Shown: positions 26,871-40,385, numbered from the stretch's first letter. The stretch is DNA of 64,000 nt from Eledone cirrhosa (GCA_964016885.1 OZ024758.1:22072001-22136000); one strand, 5' to 3'. Notes: generated by a model not told the origin, from the sequence alone. Numbers and translations: made by a program.

Positions 26871-29800
26871 GGTTTAGCGTCCGTGTTCCACGCTTGCATG
26901 GGTTTGGACGGGGGTTTTCCCACTTGAGGCAAGAGTGGTTGTCTTGCTCGCATAGGACTGTCTGGCGGGTTTTCTACAGTTGGATGCCCTTCCTAACACC
27001 AACCACATTTACAGTGTGGGGCTGGGAGGTTTTTACCGTGTTGCCTACACGGCCACATTACAGCGTGGACTGTCTGGCGGGTTTTCTACAGCTGGATGCC
27101 CTTCCTAACACCAACCACATTTACAGTGTGGGGCTGGGAGGTTTTTACCGTGTTGCCTACACGGCCACATTTACAGCGTGGACTGTGTGTTTTTGTCGTG
27201 ACACCTACACGATCTCATTTGTTTCGGCCTGGATGTTGTGGGACCAACATAACTTTACATTGAAAGGGGCGGTGTGGGTGGGGTAGAGGTGGTGGGACGG
27301 GGGTGTGTTTTGATAGAGATGCTTACTGACTGTAGTAGGTTTTTACTTTGTATTTAGGTAAGGCGGGTCTTCTCTATTACTGAGTACCGCCAAAGGTCTC
27401 GGTCCAGTGACATTGTCTTGGAGAGGTGTAAGCGTGTGAGGTCGGAATTTATCAGCTCGTCCCATGTTTTTCTGGGTCTGCCTACTCCGTGGCTACCGTC
27501 TATCTTTATTGCCCTGCACTTTGTTATACAGCTGTCGTCTTTCATGCGCATCACGTGACCGTACCAACGTAGCCTTCTCTCGAGTAAACAACATCTGATC
27601 CCTCTTATTTCTAATTTTTTCCTTAGTTCGTTTATGCTTTGCCGTTCACGTATATTACTATTGCACATCCAGCGGAGCATGCAAGCTTCGTTCCTCTCTA
27701 GTCTGCGTATATCCTCTGCACACAATGCCCAGGTCTCACTGCCATGCAGCATTGCTGTTCGTATGCAGGCATCGTATAACCTGCCTTTCATTTTTAGGGA
27801 GAACCCTCTAGCGGCTAATAGTGGTATAAGCTCTCTGAACTTTTTCCATCCAGTTCTGACTCTAGCTACTGTACTTTCAGAGCACCCTCCCCCACTGCTG
27901 ATTTTGTCACCCAGATAACGGAAGCTGTCCACTATTTCTATAGAAATCCTTAATTAATATATATATGGGTTTTTTAATCATTTTCCCTGTTCCTCCCTCT
28001 CATCACTCTTTACTTGGTCTCTGTAGGGAAAATGAATGTTAAAACAACGATGATGATTATAAAGGAGACATACCGTATATAACTGGCGTTTACTGGGACA
28101 TTCTAGAAGAGTAACAGCTTTTCTGTCAATCATATCAAGTGCAGGCATGAGACTTGATTGGTAAATAAACTGAAGCCTAGAATATAAGAATAAATCTTTA
28201 TATAATCATTAACAGGATATAATCTATATATAATCAATAACAGAACATATGATCTATATTTAATCAGTTTTAAGTTGTCAAAGCTACTTAGTATCTAGAA
28301 TTAGCATGAGATGTTCAATACTCAATCAATCAGTTTCCTACAATCAATATGTTTATGAAATCATTAAGATAAAACAGACCAATTATTTATACTAATTACA
28401 TAAAATAGAGATATACTTACGCTGATAATAGTTCATCAGACACTGAAATTATAAAAAATATAAATATTTTTATAAAATTTATATGAATTATGTATCTATA
28501 GTTTTACAAAATAAACTAGTTATATCATTGACAAGGTTTTAACCTTTTTCAATGCCAAATTACTTGAAATTGGTTCTACAATACAAAATTGTTTATTTTA
28601 AAATTCTCCATTATAATATTATTGTTTCTACGTTTGGCACAAGGCCAGCAATTACCCAGTGCATTACTGGTACTTTATTTTATCGACCCCGTAAGGAAGA
28701 AAGGCAAAGTCAACCTCGGCGGGATTTGAACTCAGATCGTAAAGGGACGTAACTATGCTGGAAAGCATGGCGTCCGACCCTCTACCGATACTGCCAATCC
28801 ACCGCCATTATAATATTATGTAAGAACATTTGTTAAGTTATGTTCCAAACATCAGATTAACAAACCTAGTGGAGTCCATCTCCTCTCCAGGTCTGAACAC
28901 AGCAGATTTCTTCCAGAAATCCACATCTGGTGCAGCAGGCCCCACACCGGATGGCTGGATGTCATCATTGAAGATCTCTAGAGGCTTCGCAGAGGGGCTT
29001 GCACGGGACCGCTAGCAATTGAGGGCACTGGTGGACCTGGTTGGCTCTAAGTATACTGATGCCTCTGGGATCGCTGACCTAGGATGACCCCAGTCTCATC
29101 AAGCAAGAGCAAAAAGAAGAGATTAAGAAGAGAAGATATCCTACATGAATTAGATTCCTTGTAGACACGTGAGACTTCTGACATTAACTGGCTCTCTACA
29201 CTGGAAAGTAACACATCTAAGGAAGAAAATTAAATTACTGTTATGCTCTTATTGATTTTAACAAAAAGACATAAAAATGTGAGAATGTATCAAAATCAAT
29301 GATCAGTTCAATAATACTTAACTATGTTGTAAATAACAGTTTTAATAATCAATACATTATATTATATTTACTAGTGGACTTATGTTGTCAATAATGACAG
29401 CAATAGCAAATTTTTTATCTCCAGGATTGGTATGTCATATAATGTCCAGGATTGGTATATTATATAATGTCCAGGATCGGTATGTCATATAATGTCCAGT
29501 ATCGGTATGTCATATAATGTCCAGTATCGATATGTCATATAATGTCCAGGATTGGTACATTATATAATGTCCAGGATCGATATGTCATATAATGTCCAGT
29601 ATTGGTATGTCACATGTCCAGTATTGGTATGTCATATGTCCAGTATTGGTATGTCATATGTCCAGTATTGGTATGTCATATATACCAGGATTACTGCTTA
29701 TGTGAAAGGTATTCTTAGTTTATTATTTATCGAGTAAATTACATTTCTTTTTATGGAATACATTGAAATATATCTGACAACTAACATATAACCAATTAAT

Positions 29801-30723
29801 CATTGCTAGAAACATTAACAAATTGTGACTAATACACAAAAAGGGGAAGCAAAAACGAAAACGACCATCAAGTGCAACAATCGGCCACACATCATATCAT
29901 AAGGGTTAAGACTTAAACACGTTGAGCCAAGCCAACACGCTCGCAACATTACGACGGTTGATGGCGAGGCTAAGGCGCTGGAAACAACCAGGCACCCTTA
30001 CCTGCATCACTTGACACCTTAGTAAGCGAGTTGATGGCGAGGCTAAGGCGCTGAAACAACCAGTCACCATCACGAGCATCACCTGATACATCAGTAAGGC
30101 GAGGCTAAGGCGCTGAAACAACCAGGCACCCTTACCTGCATCACTTGACACCTTAGTAAGCGAGGTGATGGCGAGGCTAAGGTGCTGAAACAACCAGGCA
30201 CCATCACGTGCATCACTTGACACCTTAGTAAGGCGAGGCTAAGGCGCTGGAAACAACCAGGCACCCTTACCTGCATCACTTGACACCTTAGTAAGCGAGT
30301 TGATGGCGAGGCTAAGGTGCTGAAACAACCAGGCACCATCACGTGCATCACTTGACACCTTAGTAAGGCGAGCCGCCAGCGATTGTTTATAATTCTTACA
30401 GAATGAAAATATACAAACAAATGATATATACAATACTTAATTCACAGACATTTATGTTTAACCCACAAAAACAGAAAGAACATACGAGATGATCATGTTT
30501 ATTTTCTTACGTCCGGAAGACTAGTTCGTTATTTCTACAGCTAAGGATTCTTGTTTAACAAATGTTTGTAAAATAATATTGTTTCTACTTTTGGCACACA
30601 GCCAGCAATTATCACAGTACATTACTGGTACTTTATCTTATCGACCCCGTAAGGATGAAAGGCAAAGTTAACCTCGGCGGGATTTGAACTCAGGAAGTCG
30701 TATTTCACCTTACCGTGTTGCAT
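24016..30723 (-). CDS. ZSWIM7: Zinc finger SWIM-domain protein 7 (SWS1, Shu complex), 7 coding exons, 138 aa
   Basis: Exons (- strand) 30714-30723, 29145-29216, 28421-28442, 28074-28176, 26185-26263, 25346-25371, 24016-24120 give MQHDVLLSSVESQLMSEVSRVYKESNSLSDELLSALQFIYQSSLMPALDMIDRKAVTLLECPSKRQLYTVKGTSGIIYICFPNSKYCSCPAYNYSVLLKDDHIMCKHILAVKLSNAMNVTLKRWVSDKVMRSSLLNME*. It has the SWIM CxC...CxH motif and is collinear with human ZSWIM7 as recalled; all introns GT-AG; 417 nt. Confidence 0.93.
25346..25371 (-). CDS. ZSWIM7: ZSWIM7 exon 6, 26-nt micro-exon (VLLKDDHIM)
   Basis: tttcag acceptor, gtaag donor; phase 1 to 0. Confidence 0.9.
26185..26263 (-). CDS. ZSWIM7: ZSWIM7 exon 5 (VKGTSGIIYICFPNSKYCSCPAYNYS)
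   Basis: SWIM CSCP motif; aacag acceptor, gtaag donor. Confidence 0.95.
26839..27945 (-). mobile_element. 5'-truncated copy of the same RTE LINE in a ZSWIM7 intron
   Basis: ORF 27354-27932 is nearly identical to the C-terminus of the 36676 ORF; same 3'UTR and (GAT)n tail. Confidence 0.93.
28074..28176 (-). CDS. ZSWIM7: ZSWIM7 exon 4 (LQFIY...ALDMIDRKAVTLLECPSKRQLYT)
   Basis: ttctag acceptor, gtatgt donor; ALDxxD motif. Confidence 0.93.
28421..28442 (-). CDS. ZSWIM7: ZSWIM7 exon 3, 22-nt micro-exon (LSDELLSA)
   Basis: tttcag acceptor, gtaagt donor; matches the IPDEYLLS segment. Confidence 0.88.
29145..29216 (-). CDS. ZSWIM7: ZSWIM7 exon 2 (VLLSSVESQLMSEVSRVYKESNS)
   Basis: cttccttag acceptor, gtagga donor. 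Confidence 0.85.
29420..29690. repeat. 22-25-bp minisatellite
   Basis: tccag(g/t)attggtatgtcatataatg. Confidence 0.9.
29905..30372 (-). repeat. Minisatellite amplified from the C-terminus of a CRE-like RLE retroelement
   Basis: Repeated ~50-60 bp units encoding SSDARDGAWLFQRLSLAI, ending RRNVASVL. Confidence 0.75.
30714..30723 (-). CDS. ZSWIM7: ZSWIM7 first coding exon (MQH)
   Basis: atgcaacacg|gtaagg; phase 1 matches the next exon. Confidence 0.7.
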
Positions 30724-32103
30724 GTCTAATTTATACAGCAAGTTCTCAAAGAAACTGTTCAATATTATACGGTAAACAAACTCAATTCTTGCGCCATGTT
30801 TGTTTTTTTTCTCATGTGTAACTAATAAGATATTAGAGTTATCTCCCTTGATAATCTCGTTCCGTCGTCGTCGTCCCCCCCCCCCTATTATTTATGTTCT
30901 ATCACAATTGTTGATTTGAGACACCGTGTAACCTAATGGTTAGAGTATTTTGGTTCACGAAACCCTAATTGCAGTGTTTTTGGTGGTCTTATTCGCGCCA
31001 GTCACCAATTTGGTATTCTCCTCGGAGTCACGAAGTTTCTAAACGACACAAAACGCCACTAGAAATCGAACTCACAAACTCATAATCGTGAACCGAACAT
31101 CCTAGCCACTAAGCTACATTCTGTAGATTCCTGTGAATTCCTTGCAATTTTAAAAACAAAATCAAATTATTATTTTTTAACTAAAAAAGATTGTGTAACC
31201 ATTTTTAAAGGCACAATAAAAATACTATAACTAATATGTGTCCAGTAAAATAAACATCAGACTTCTATATGACTATATTAAACAATGCGTTATTTGAGGA
31301 AGATTAGGCTATTATTTTTTTGCACAACGAGTAGCTGGTTCGTTACTATTCTTTCCTATTCTCAGAAGAGGCGAGAAAATCAAGGGAATTAATTCAGACG
31401 ATACCAATTATATAATGCTGTGTGACATAAGATGGTGCGTGTGACTGAAATTTGTTTACTGTTCAGAGATTTTTTTACTGTGACACACATATACACTGTA
31501 TATATATATATGTGTCTGATTTAGCCTTAGAGAATAACTGTGTGTATATGGGTGGTCCATACATGTATTTATTATATTATAATATCTCTGTGTGTGCATT
31601 GGTTGTGTATACATATGGTTATTCTTTTAATATCCAATTGAGTTCTTAAACACGTGGTTATAATACCTAACAGGTTTAAATGACCAGCGTGTATATTGTT
31701 TTATATTTTAAGATGACCTCCCATTACCCTCTTGGGGGCAGCGTGTATTTTATCTTTGAGAGGACTGCTGGATTTTCGAATCTACCAGTCTCTTTTTAGC
31801 GCTGAAGGAGACGACAAGGAGACAACGAACGGTGGTACAAAAAGTCTTATCAGTTTCAAGCTTTTATATATATATACATGCACACACATATAATTACTAT
31901 TATTGCAAGGTGTTTATTATACAATCCTGTTATTATTATTTTGAATCCCGCCGAGGTTAACTTTGCCTTTCATCCTTACGGGGTCGATACAATAAAGTAC
32001 CAGTAATGCACTGGCTAATTGCTGGCCTTGTGCCAAAAAATAGAAACAATTATTTTGAAGACATCCTTATCTTATTTAATGAAATTCACCACGAAGACTA
32101 AAA
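30724..32103. promoter_or_regulatory. Probable divergent promoter region between ZSWIM7 (-) and a GPCPD1 5'UTR exon (+)
   Basis: CpG-richer unique DNA; YY1-like AAACATGGCG (-) at about 30792-30801 and AAGATGGTG (+) at about 31430; + strand donor aaa|gtaagt at 32103. The link to GPCPD1 is inferred. Confidence 0.4.
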
Positions 32104-32458
32104 GTAAGTATTATAAATATTGAACATTGTTGCGTGTTATAATTAACTAATAATAATTAAATTGTTATTAATTGTTGTTGAATGATTAATTCGGTAAATA
32201 TGAGCAATGATTATTGCTTATTGATTTCTTCAGTTTTTCACACATTATATATATATTGTTTACGTATGTATATATATATAAATGTATATATATATATATA
32301 TATATGAGAGTCCCGGGTTCAATCGGAGCTAACCGCAGTTAGTGAGGTACTCAATAATACATTAGTAGAGTGTAAACATCAAATTTAATATAAAAATGGC
32401 TTCTACAGGACTAGAACTGTTTCATTCGAAGGAAATCATCAGGAAAGCCTGATGATTT

Positions 32459-32498
<40 letters not shown>

Positions 32499-33022
32499 TG
32501 ACAGTTTGTGTAAAATATATGTGCTTTGTTGTCTTTTTGTGTGTAATCTTTATATGTAAATAATGATATGTATCGTATATACTCGTGTTAAAGTCGATTT
32601 TTTTAGACCATTTTTAAGACTAAATTTATGTGATCCACTATTGATTCTATGTATCAAAACACACGTCATAGTAAATACCAAAATCTATAAACAAGGCTGT
32701 GTAACTCGTATGCATCAAACTTAACAGACTAGCTTAGTGCAATCAACTTATATCTCATAATAATATTTCTGTCGTTATATCCGACACCTGCTTGGTATGT
32801 TTCGCATCACGACTCTCCAATCACATTATTTTCATACTCGTGGTTAAAGTCACACACATAACAAGTGTGTTATGGTATAAACACCAAAATGTGCAGGTAT
32901 GGTAACTGCAATGCATCTAAGGGAAGGGAGGGGTATAAAGGTGAAACACGGAGTCTGAAGATTATTACATAAATATGTAGTATATATATAGTTATGTAAT
33001 AAACAACATAAGATAATTATTT

Positions 33023-33064
33023 CATTTTACCCGTGGTTTCTTGAAAGCATCAGTCATCAGAATG
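33023..33064 (-). ncRNA. Hammerhead ribozyme motif
   Basis: CAUU-CUGAUGA-CUGAUGCUUUCAA-GAAACC ACG GGUA-AAAUG. Confidence 0.55.
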
Positions 33065-33069
33065 AAATG

Positions 33070-33380
<311 letters not shown>

Positions 33381-33485
33381 ATATATATATATATATTTAT
33401 TTATTTATTATTTGTCGTATTCCCAACTATTTGTTTACCCCTTCCACCGTTTTATTTTTATATATATATAATATTTATGTATTTT

Positions 33486-33535
<50 letters not shown>

Positions 33536-33982
33536 GTATAATAAACAATACAATATAATTACCTCCTTACCAGAGGTTTCCCGAATAAGACGAATACGAA
33601 AAACGTCCTCATTCGTTCATCGGACAAGGCAATTGCCTTTATATTGTATTGTTTATTATACATTAAATTTAGCTCTGGTACTTACATAGAGCATTCTTCA
33701 CTCCTATGACTTTTTCAATTTTCAACGGAAACTTCAATACTTATATATATATATATATAACGAAGGAAATGTGGTAAGGAACCAGGTGGACCATAACGCA
33801 CCAAAGTACTCAATACTTAGGGTAGTAGAGTGGGTAATAGGAACGAGTAGGACCCCGACGGCTGAGCTCAAGCCGTTTCGACGGCTAATTCTGGACTCAA
33901 TTTAGTCGAAACGGCTTGAGCTCAGCCGTCGGGGTCCTACTCGTTCCTATATATATATATAATAAAATAAAATAACAGGAGA

Positions 33983-34370
33983 CTGGGCACTACAACGCTA
34001 TTAGCTGTCAGTCCAGTGGAACAGGCGAAGGTGACGTCACTCGTCAACATCGTTTATTTCCGTATTACTACCACGCGTAAGTGGAGTTTTCACGCGTTTT
34101 TTTTTTTAGAGAGATAGGGAAGAGAGAGAGGGGGGGGGGGGGGAGACTTAAAAGGGCCAAATTAGAAAACAAATAGAAAACAAGTCATGGTTATAAAGCA
34201 TATCGATGTAAGTAGAGTTACTTAAATGAAAATATAAGTGGCCCTTAAAAGGGCCAAATTAGAAAACAAATTTAAGTTAATTAGAAAACAAGTCATTCAT
34301 AAATTTAAGTTTTATAATCAAATTTTTTTCACCAACAAATATGACAGCTAATAACGTTGTAGTGCCCGCA
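33983..34370. mobile_element. Second locus of the 2441-3312 repeat family
   Basis: Shares tgggcactacaacgctattagctgtcag, ttactaccacgcgtaagtggag and ggcccttaaaagggcc. Confidence 0.7.
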
Positions 34371-34401
34371 ATTTTGTATTTTTACGTATTTTGCGCATAG
34401 A

Positions 34402-34690
34402 TACGAGGGTTGACAAAGATACTCTCATGGAATGTGACCAAATGAGGTTTATTTTTCAACATAGTCTCCCTTGCGTTCCACACACTTCTTCCATCGGTGT
34501 TGCAGTACTGAGATCAATGTTTTCCTCGGTAGTGGCAGTTGTAGGACGTCCAGACATTGGGTCATCTTCAAGAATCCCCTATCCTTTCCTAAATTCGGCT
34601 GCCCACTTTTGCACAAAGGAAAATTGTGGTACAATATTGTAAGGTCTGCTTATAGCATTATCCATCTTTCAAAAATGAAGGTCCACATTT
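34402..34690 (-). mobile_element. Mariner-type transposon remnant (TIR and transposase C-terminus)
   Basis: TA-CGAGGG TIR start; RWKKCVERKGDYVEK*, the typical mariner C-terminus. Confidence 0.75.
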
Positions 34691-35780
34691 CGTCGACTTC
34701 AATACATTTTATTACATTTTATTGTATTGTAAACATTAACTTTTATGGAAATTTTATTACAAAATTTCAATTTAGTTTGATTTTTTGGAATTTAATTAAC
34801 AAACATGGAAAAATAAGAAAAAGAATAAAATAAATAATTTGATTGCCTTTAATAAAGAAGATAAATAGAGTGGAACTGATTTTCAGGTCATACTAATGAA
34901 ACAAGGTTTTTTCCATTACTGATATAATCTGTCTGCCACAAGTCCTGGTAGAAGATGCTACACGAACTAAAGTATTTTACTGAAGGACGCAACATGACTT
35001 TATAATGGTTAGTCCACTACCGTAACCCCTTCACAGAGGAAAGGTAAATCATATTATAACAGATTAGATGGGTACTATGTTAGATATTACTATGTGTCAT
35101 ATTATACCAAAGAGGAAGTGTGCTGTACAATAAACATTGATATCAGGTTGATTCAATAACTACCCGGTCCCAAATATGAACCCATGAACTTTGGTCATCA
35201 GTCAAACACTTTAACCATTGTATGATGGATGTATGTATGTATGGATGGATGTATATATGTAAGTATGTATGCATGTATATATATATTTAGGAGTAGTTGG
35301 TGTAGTAGTAGTTGTAGCAGTGGTGGTAAATTCTAAGTCAGTCAATAAACCTACATATACAGTTACACATGAAAAGAACTTCCTGGTAGTTATTGACCTG
35401 TTGGGAAGCTGTTAAGCTTTTTTGTATGCACCGAGATAAGCAGAAAGTGTGTAATTTTTCAGGTCAACCTCGACCTGCTAGATATAGTAGCTAAATGTCT
35501 TTTAAATTACATGCTACCATTTTAGAAAGTATATGTTTGAGAAAAAGACTATATTTCACCTTCGATCAAAGATAGGCTTTCTGATTGGACATTATCATCA
35601 TCGTTTAACATCCATTTTTCCTCACTAGACAGGTTGTCTCATTTGAAGCAAGTTGGGTCGGGTGAGCATGTCTTACTCATACAGATCTGTTACTGGCTAG
35701 GATTCTTCGGCTGGATGCACATTTAGTGTGGACTGGTTAAGATATATATATATATATTATATATATATATATATATATTA

Positions 35781-35830
<50 letters not shown>

Positions 35831-35945
35831 ATATATATATATATATTATATATATATATATATTATATATATATATATATTATATATATTATATATATAT
35901 ATTATATATTATATATATATATATATATTATATATATATATATAT

Positions 35946-35977
<32 letters not shown>

Positions 35978-35998
35978 ATTTATTTATATATATATATT

Positions 35999-36047
<49 letters not shown>

Positions 36048-36073
36048 ATATATTATGTATATAATATATATAT

Positions 36074-36134
<61 letters not shown>

Positions 36135-36146
36135 ATATATTATATT

Positions 36147-36178
<32 letters not shown>

Positions 36179-36267
36179 ATATATATATATATATTTACGT
36201 TATTCCGGGTTGAATCGGAGGTAACCACAGTAAGTAAGGTACTCAATACATAGCAGAGTATAACAGT

Positions 36268-36385
36268 TTTAATATAGATGAGATTCTACAGGACTAGAAC
36301 TGTTTCATTCATTAGAAATCATCAGGAGATTCCTGATGATTTCTAATGAATGAAACAGTTCTAGTCCTGTAGAATCTCATCTATA
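36268..36385. repeat. Perfect inverted repeat with mirrored hammerhead cores (PLE end)
   Basis: CTGATGA..GAAAC at 36333-36356 (+) and 36302-36325 (-); same family at 12900-13000 and 32330-32460. Confidence 0.7.
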
Positions 36386-36491
36386 TATATATATATTTAT
36401 ATATATATATATATTTATGTATATATATATATATTATATATATATATATATATTATATATATATATATATATTATATATATATATATATAT

Positions 36492-36550
<59 letters not shown>

Positions 36551-36589
36551 ATATTATATATATATATATATATTATATATATATATATA

Positions 36590-39447
36590 AAAAACGTGAC
36601 AATCACCTGATCACCTATAGATCCGGGGAACACACAAGCCAGGTAGATTATATCCTTACCAGAAGACGTGACAGAGTGTCTGTTGTTAACACTAAATCCC
36701 TCCCCCATGAAGAATGCACCTCCCAACATAGACTGATAATTAGCGACCTCATAGTCAGGACGAGACGTACTCGACAACAGAAGAGGACTATCCTCAGGAG
36801 GAAAATATGGAAGCTAAAGGACCCCACAGCCAGGAATAAATTTCAAAGCATATTACTTGATGCTTTCGACAGTAAGGAAGAACATTTAGAGTCGGACAAT
36901 ATAGAGGGAGAGTGGGAATTTCTGAAAGCAAACCTGCTGTTGGCGACAGACGAGGTCTGTGGCTGGAGCAGGCCTGTAGGCAGGAGGAGAGTAACATGGT
37001 GGTGGAACAGTAAGGTGGAGGGGTCAATTAAGGCCAAAAAGCAGGCTTGGAAAGTATGGCGGGATGGGGGAAGTAGAGAGGACTATCAAGTGGCCAGGAG
37101 GGAAGCTAGGAGACAAGTGTACTTAGCAAGAAGGGAAGCTGAGGAAAGAAAGTTCAAGCATGTTCTACAACGCGATGACCAAAAACGTGAGGTGTTCAGG
37201 ATTGCTAGGCAATGCGTCAAGGAAAACCGTGATATTGTCGGGGAGAAGTGTGTACTAAACGACGATGGCACACTTGCCATCACCGACGCTGATAAGAAGG
37301 TAGCTTGGAAGTGTCACTATGAAAGGCTTCTAAATGAGGAGAATAATTGGGAGAAAGGCAGTCTCCCCCATATCGACCCAATAGAGGGACCAGCAGTGTT
37401 AGTCGAGGGGAGTATAATAAGTAAGGCAATCAAGGATATGAAGACTGGTAAGGCGGCTGGGCCTTCGGAAATAGTTGCTGAGATGCTGAAGGCATCTGGC
37501 ACGGTGGGACACACCATGGTCACCCGCATAGTTAACCAAGTCGTACAAAACGGGGTTGTTCCGAAGGACTGGCATAGCAGCATCATCGTTAACTGTTATA
37601 AGGGTAAAGGAGACGCCCTAGATAGGAGTAACTATAGAGGCATTAAATTAATCGACCAGGTCATGAAGGTCACGGAAAGAGTAATAGCGCAACTAATCAG
37701 AGAGAGAATTGACCTAGATGAAATGCAGTTCGGGTTTGTGTCAGGCAAAAGTACCACAGACGCTCTTTTCATAGTACGACAACTACAAGAGAAGTACCTA
37801 GCTAAAGGTAAACCCCTCTACTTAGCTTTTGTCGACTTGGAGAAAGCCTTCGACAGAGTCCCCCGCTCCATTATCTGGTGGGCTCTTAGAAAACTAGGCG
37901 TTGACGAATGGCTTGTGAGGGCTATACAAGCCATGTATAAAGAAACAGTCAGCAAGGTTAGAATTAACAACGAATATAGTGAAGAGTTTAGCGTAAAAGT
38001 CGGCGTCCATCAGGGCTCTGTTCTCAGTCCACTACTATTTATTATTGCCCTTCAGGCCATAACAGAGGAGTTCAAGACAGGCTGCCCATGGGAACTCCTA
38101 TACGCAGACGACCTGACACTCATAGCGGAATCAATGGCCGAGCTAGAGAAGAAATTCCAAACATGGAAGCACGGCCTAGAGTCAAAAGGACTTAAAATTA
38201 ACCTGGCTAAGACCAAAGTACTAGTTTGTAGGAAAGAAAACAAGGCGGCGGTCCCTTCTGGGAAATGGTCGTGCTCGGTGTGTAGGAAAGGCGTAGGTAG
38301 AAACTCCATTTTATGTCCTAAATGCAAAGTATGGGTGCATAAAAGATGTAGTGGGATCACAGGTAGGCTAACTAAGAACATAGATTTTACATGTGGCCGG
38401 TGCTCTGGTGCAATAAGTAGCAGCAAGTGCCCACAAACTACTAGCTCTTTCAATTGCGCAGAGGGTTCTATAGAAATAGTGGACAGCTTCCGTTACCTGG
38501 GCGATAAAATCAGCAGTGGGGGAGGGTGCTCTGAAAGTACTGTAGCTAGAGTCAGAACTGGTTGGAAAAAGTTCAGAGAGCTTATACCACTATTAGCTGC
38601 TAAAGGGTTCTCACTAAAAATGAAAGGCAGGTTGTACGATGCCTGCATACGAACAGCAATGCTGCATGGCAGTGAGACCTGGGCATTGTGTGCAGAGGAT
38701 ATACGCAGACTAGAGAGGAACGAAGCTTGCATGCTCCGCTGGATGTGTAACAGTAATATACGTGAACGGCAAAGCATAAACGAACTAAGGAATAAATTAG
38801 AGATAAGAGGGATCAGATGTTGTTTACTCGAGAGAAGGCTACGTTGGTATGGACACGTGATGCGCATGAAAGTCGATAGCTGTATAACAAAGTGCAGGGC
38901 AATAAAGATAGACGGTAGTCACGGAATAGGCAGACCTAGAAAAACCTGGGACGAGCTGATAAACTCCGACATCACACACTTACACCTCTCCAAGACAATG
39001 TCACTGGACCGAGACCTTTGGCGGTACTCAGTAACAGAGAAGACCCGCCTTACCTAAATATATAGTAAAACCTACTCCAGCCAGTAGGCATCTCTAACAA
39101 ATACACCCCGTCCCACCACCCCCACCCGATCCACACCACCCCGTTCTATGTAAAGTTATGTTGGTGCCGCGCCATCGAGGCCGAAACAAATGAGATCGTG
39201 TAGGTGTCACGACAAAAAAACACACAGTCCACGCTGTAATGTGGCCGTGTAGGCAACACGGTAAAAACCTCCCAGACCCACACTGTAAATGTGGTTGGTG
39301 TTAGGAAGGGCATCCAACTGTAGAAAACCTGCCAGACAGTCCTATGCGAGCAAGACAATCACTCTTGCCTCAAGTGGGACTACCCCCGTCCAAACCCATG
39401 CAAGCGTGGAACACGGACGTTAAACGTTGATGATGATGATGATGATG
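36590..39447 (+). mobile_element. RTE-clade LINE, 5'-truncated, open ORF, (GAT)n tail, inserted in (TA)n
   Basis: The frame opens at about 36592 in the APE C-terminus (HLITYRSG..SQVDYIL), runs through RT (NYRGIKL, QFGF, FVDLEKAFD, GVHQGSVLSP, LYADD, FRYLG) to the RTE C-terminus (RLRWYGHV..GRPRKTW); 3'UTR ends gttaaacgttgatgatgat. Confidence 0.95.
36676..39057 (+). CDS. RTE LINE polyprotein (APE C-terminus, reverse transcriptase, PHD-like finger), partial
   Basis: 793-aa ORF with YADD and all RT motifs; the N-terminus is lost by 5' truncation. Confidence 0.9.
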   Translation: MSVVNTKSLPHEECTSQHRLIISDLIVRTRRTRQQKRTILRRKIWKLKDPTARNKFQSILLDAFDSKEEHLESDNIEGEWEFLKANLLLATDEVCGWSRPVGRRRVTWWWNSKVEGSIKAKKQAWKVWRDGGSREDYQVARREARRQVYLARREAEERKFKHVLQRDDQKREVFRIARQCVKENRDIVGEKCVLNDDGTLAITDADKKVAWKCHYERLLNEENNWEKGSLPHIDPIEGPAVLVEGSIISKAIKDMKTGKAAGPSEIVAEMLKASGTVGHTMVTRIVNQVVQNGVVPKDWHSSIIVNCYKGKGDALDRSNYRGIKLIDQVMKVTERVIAQLIRERIDLDEMQFGFVSGKSTTDALFIVRQLQEKYLAKGKPLYLAFVDLEKAFDRVPRSIIWWALRKLGVDEWLVRAIQAMYKETVSKVRINNEYSEEFSVKVGVHQGSVLSPLLFIIALQAITEEFKTGCPWELLYADDLTLIAESMAELEKKFQTWKHGLESKGLKINLAKTKVLVCRKENKAAVPSGKWSCSVCRKGVGRNSILCPKCKVWVHKRCSGITGRLTKNIDFTCGRCSGAISSSKCPQTTSSFNCAEGSIEIVDSFRYLGDKISSGGGCSESTVARVRTGWKKFRELIPLLAAKGFSLKMKGRLYDACIRTAMLHGSETWALCAEDIRRLERNEACMLRWMCNSNIRERQSINELRNKLEIRGIRCCLLERRLRWYGHVMRMKVDSCITKCRAIKIDGSHGIGRPRKTWDELINSDITHLHLSKTMSLDRDLWRYSVTEKTRLT

Positions 39448-39493
39448 ATATATATTATATATATATATATATATTATATATATATATATATAT

Positions 39494-39527
<34 letters not shown>

Positions 39528-39641
39528 ATATATATTATATATATATATATATTATATATATATATATATATTATATATATATATATATATTATATATATA
39601 TATTATATATATATATATATATTATATATATATATATATAT

Positions 39642-39673
<32 letters not shown>

Positions 39674-39726
39674 ATTATATATATATATATATTATATATA
39701 TATATATATTATATATATATATATAT

Positions 39727-39779
<53 letters not shown>

Positions 39780-39852
39780 GTATATATTATATATATATAT
39801 ATATTATATTATATATATATATATATAATATATATATATATATATAATATAT

Positions 39853-39917
<65 letters not shown>

Positions 39918-39984
39918 ATATATATATTATATATTATATATATATATATATTATATATATATATTATATATTATATATATATTA

Positions 39985-40036
<52 letters not shown>

Positions 40037-40083
40037 ATATATATTATATATATATATTATATATATATATTATATATATATAT

Positions 40084-40115
<32 letters not shown>

Positions 40116-40161
40116 ATATATATTATATATATATATATATATTATATATATATATATATAT

Positions 40162-40196
<35 letters not shown>

Positions 40197-40272
40197 ATAT
40201 ATATATATATATTATATATATATATATTATATATATATATTATATATATATATATATTATATATATATTATA

Positions 40273-40321
<49 letters not shown>

Positions 40322-40385
40322 ATATTATATATATTATATATTATATATATTATATATTATATATATTATATATATATATATATAT

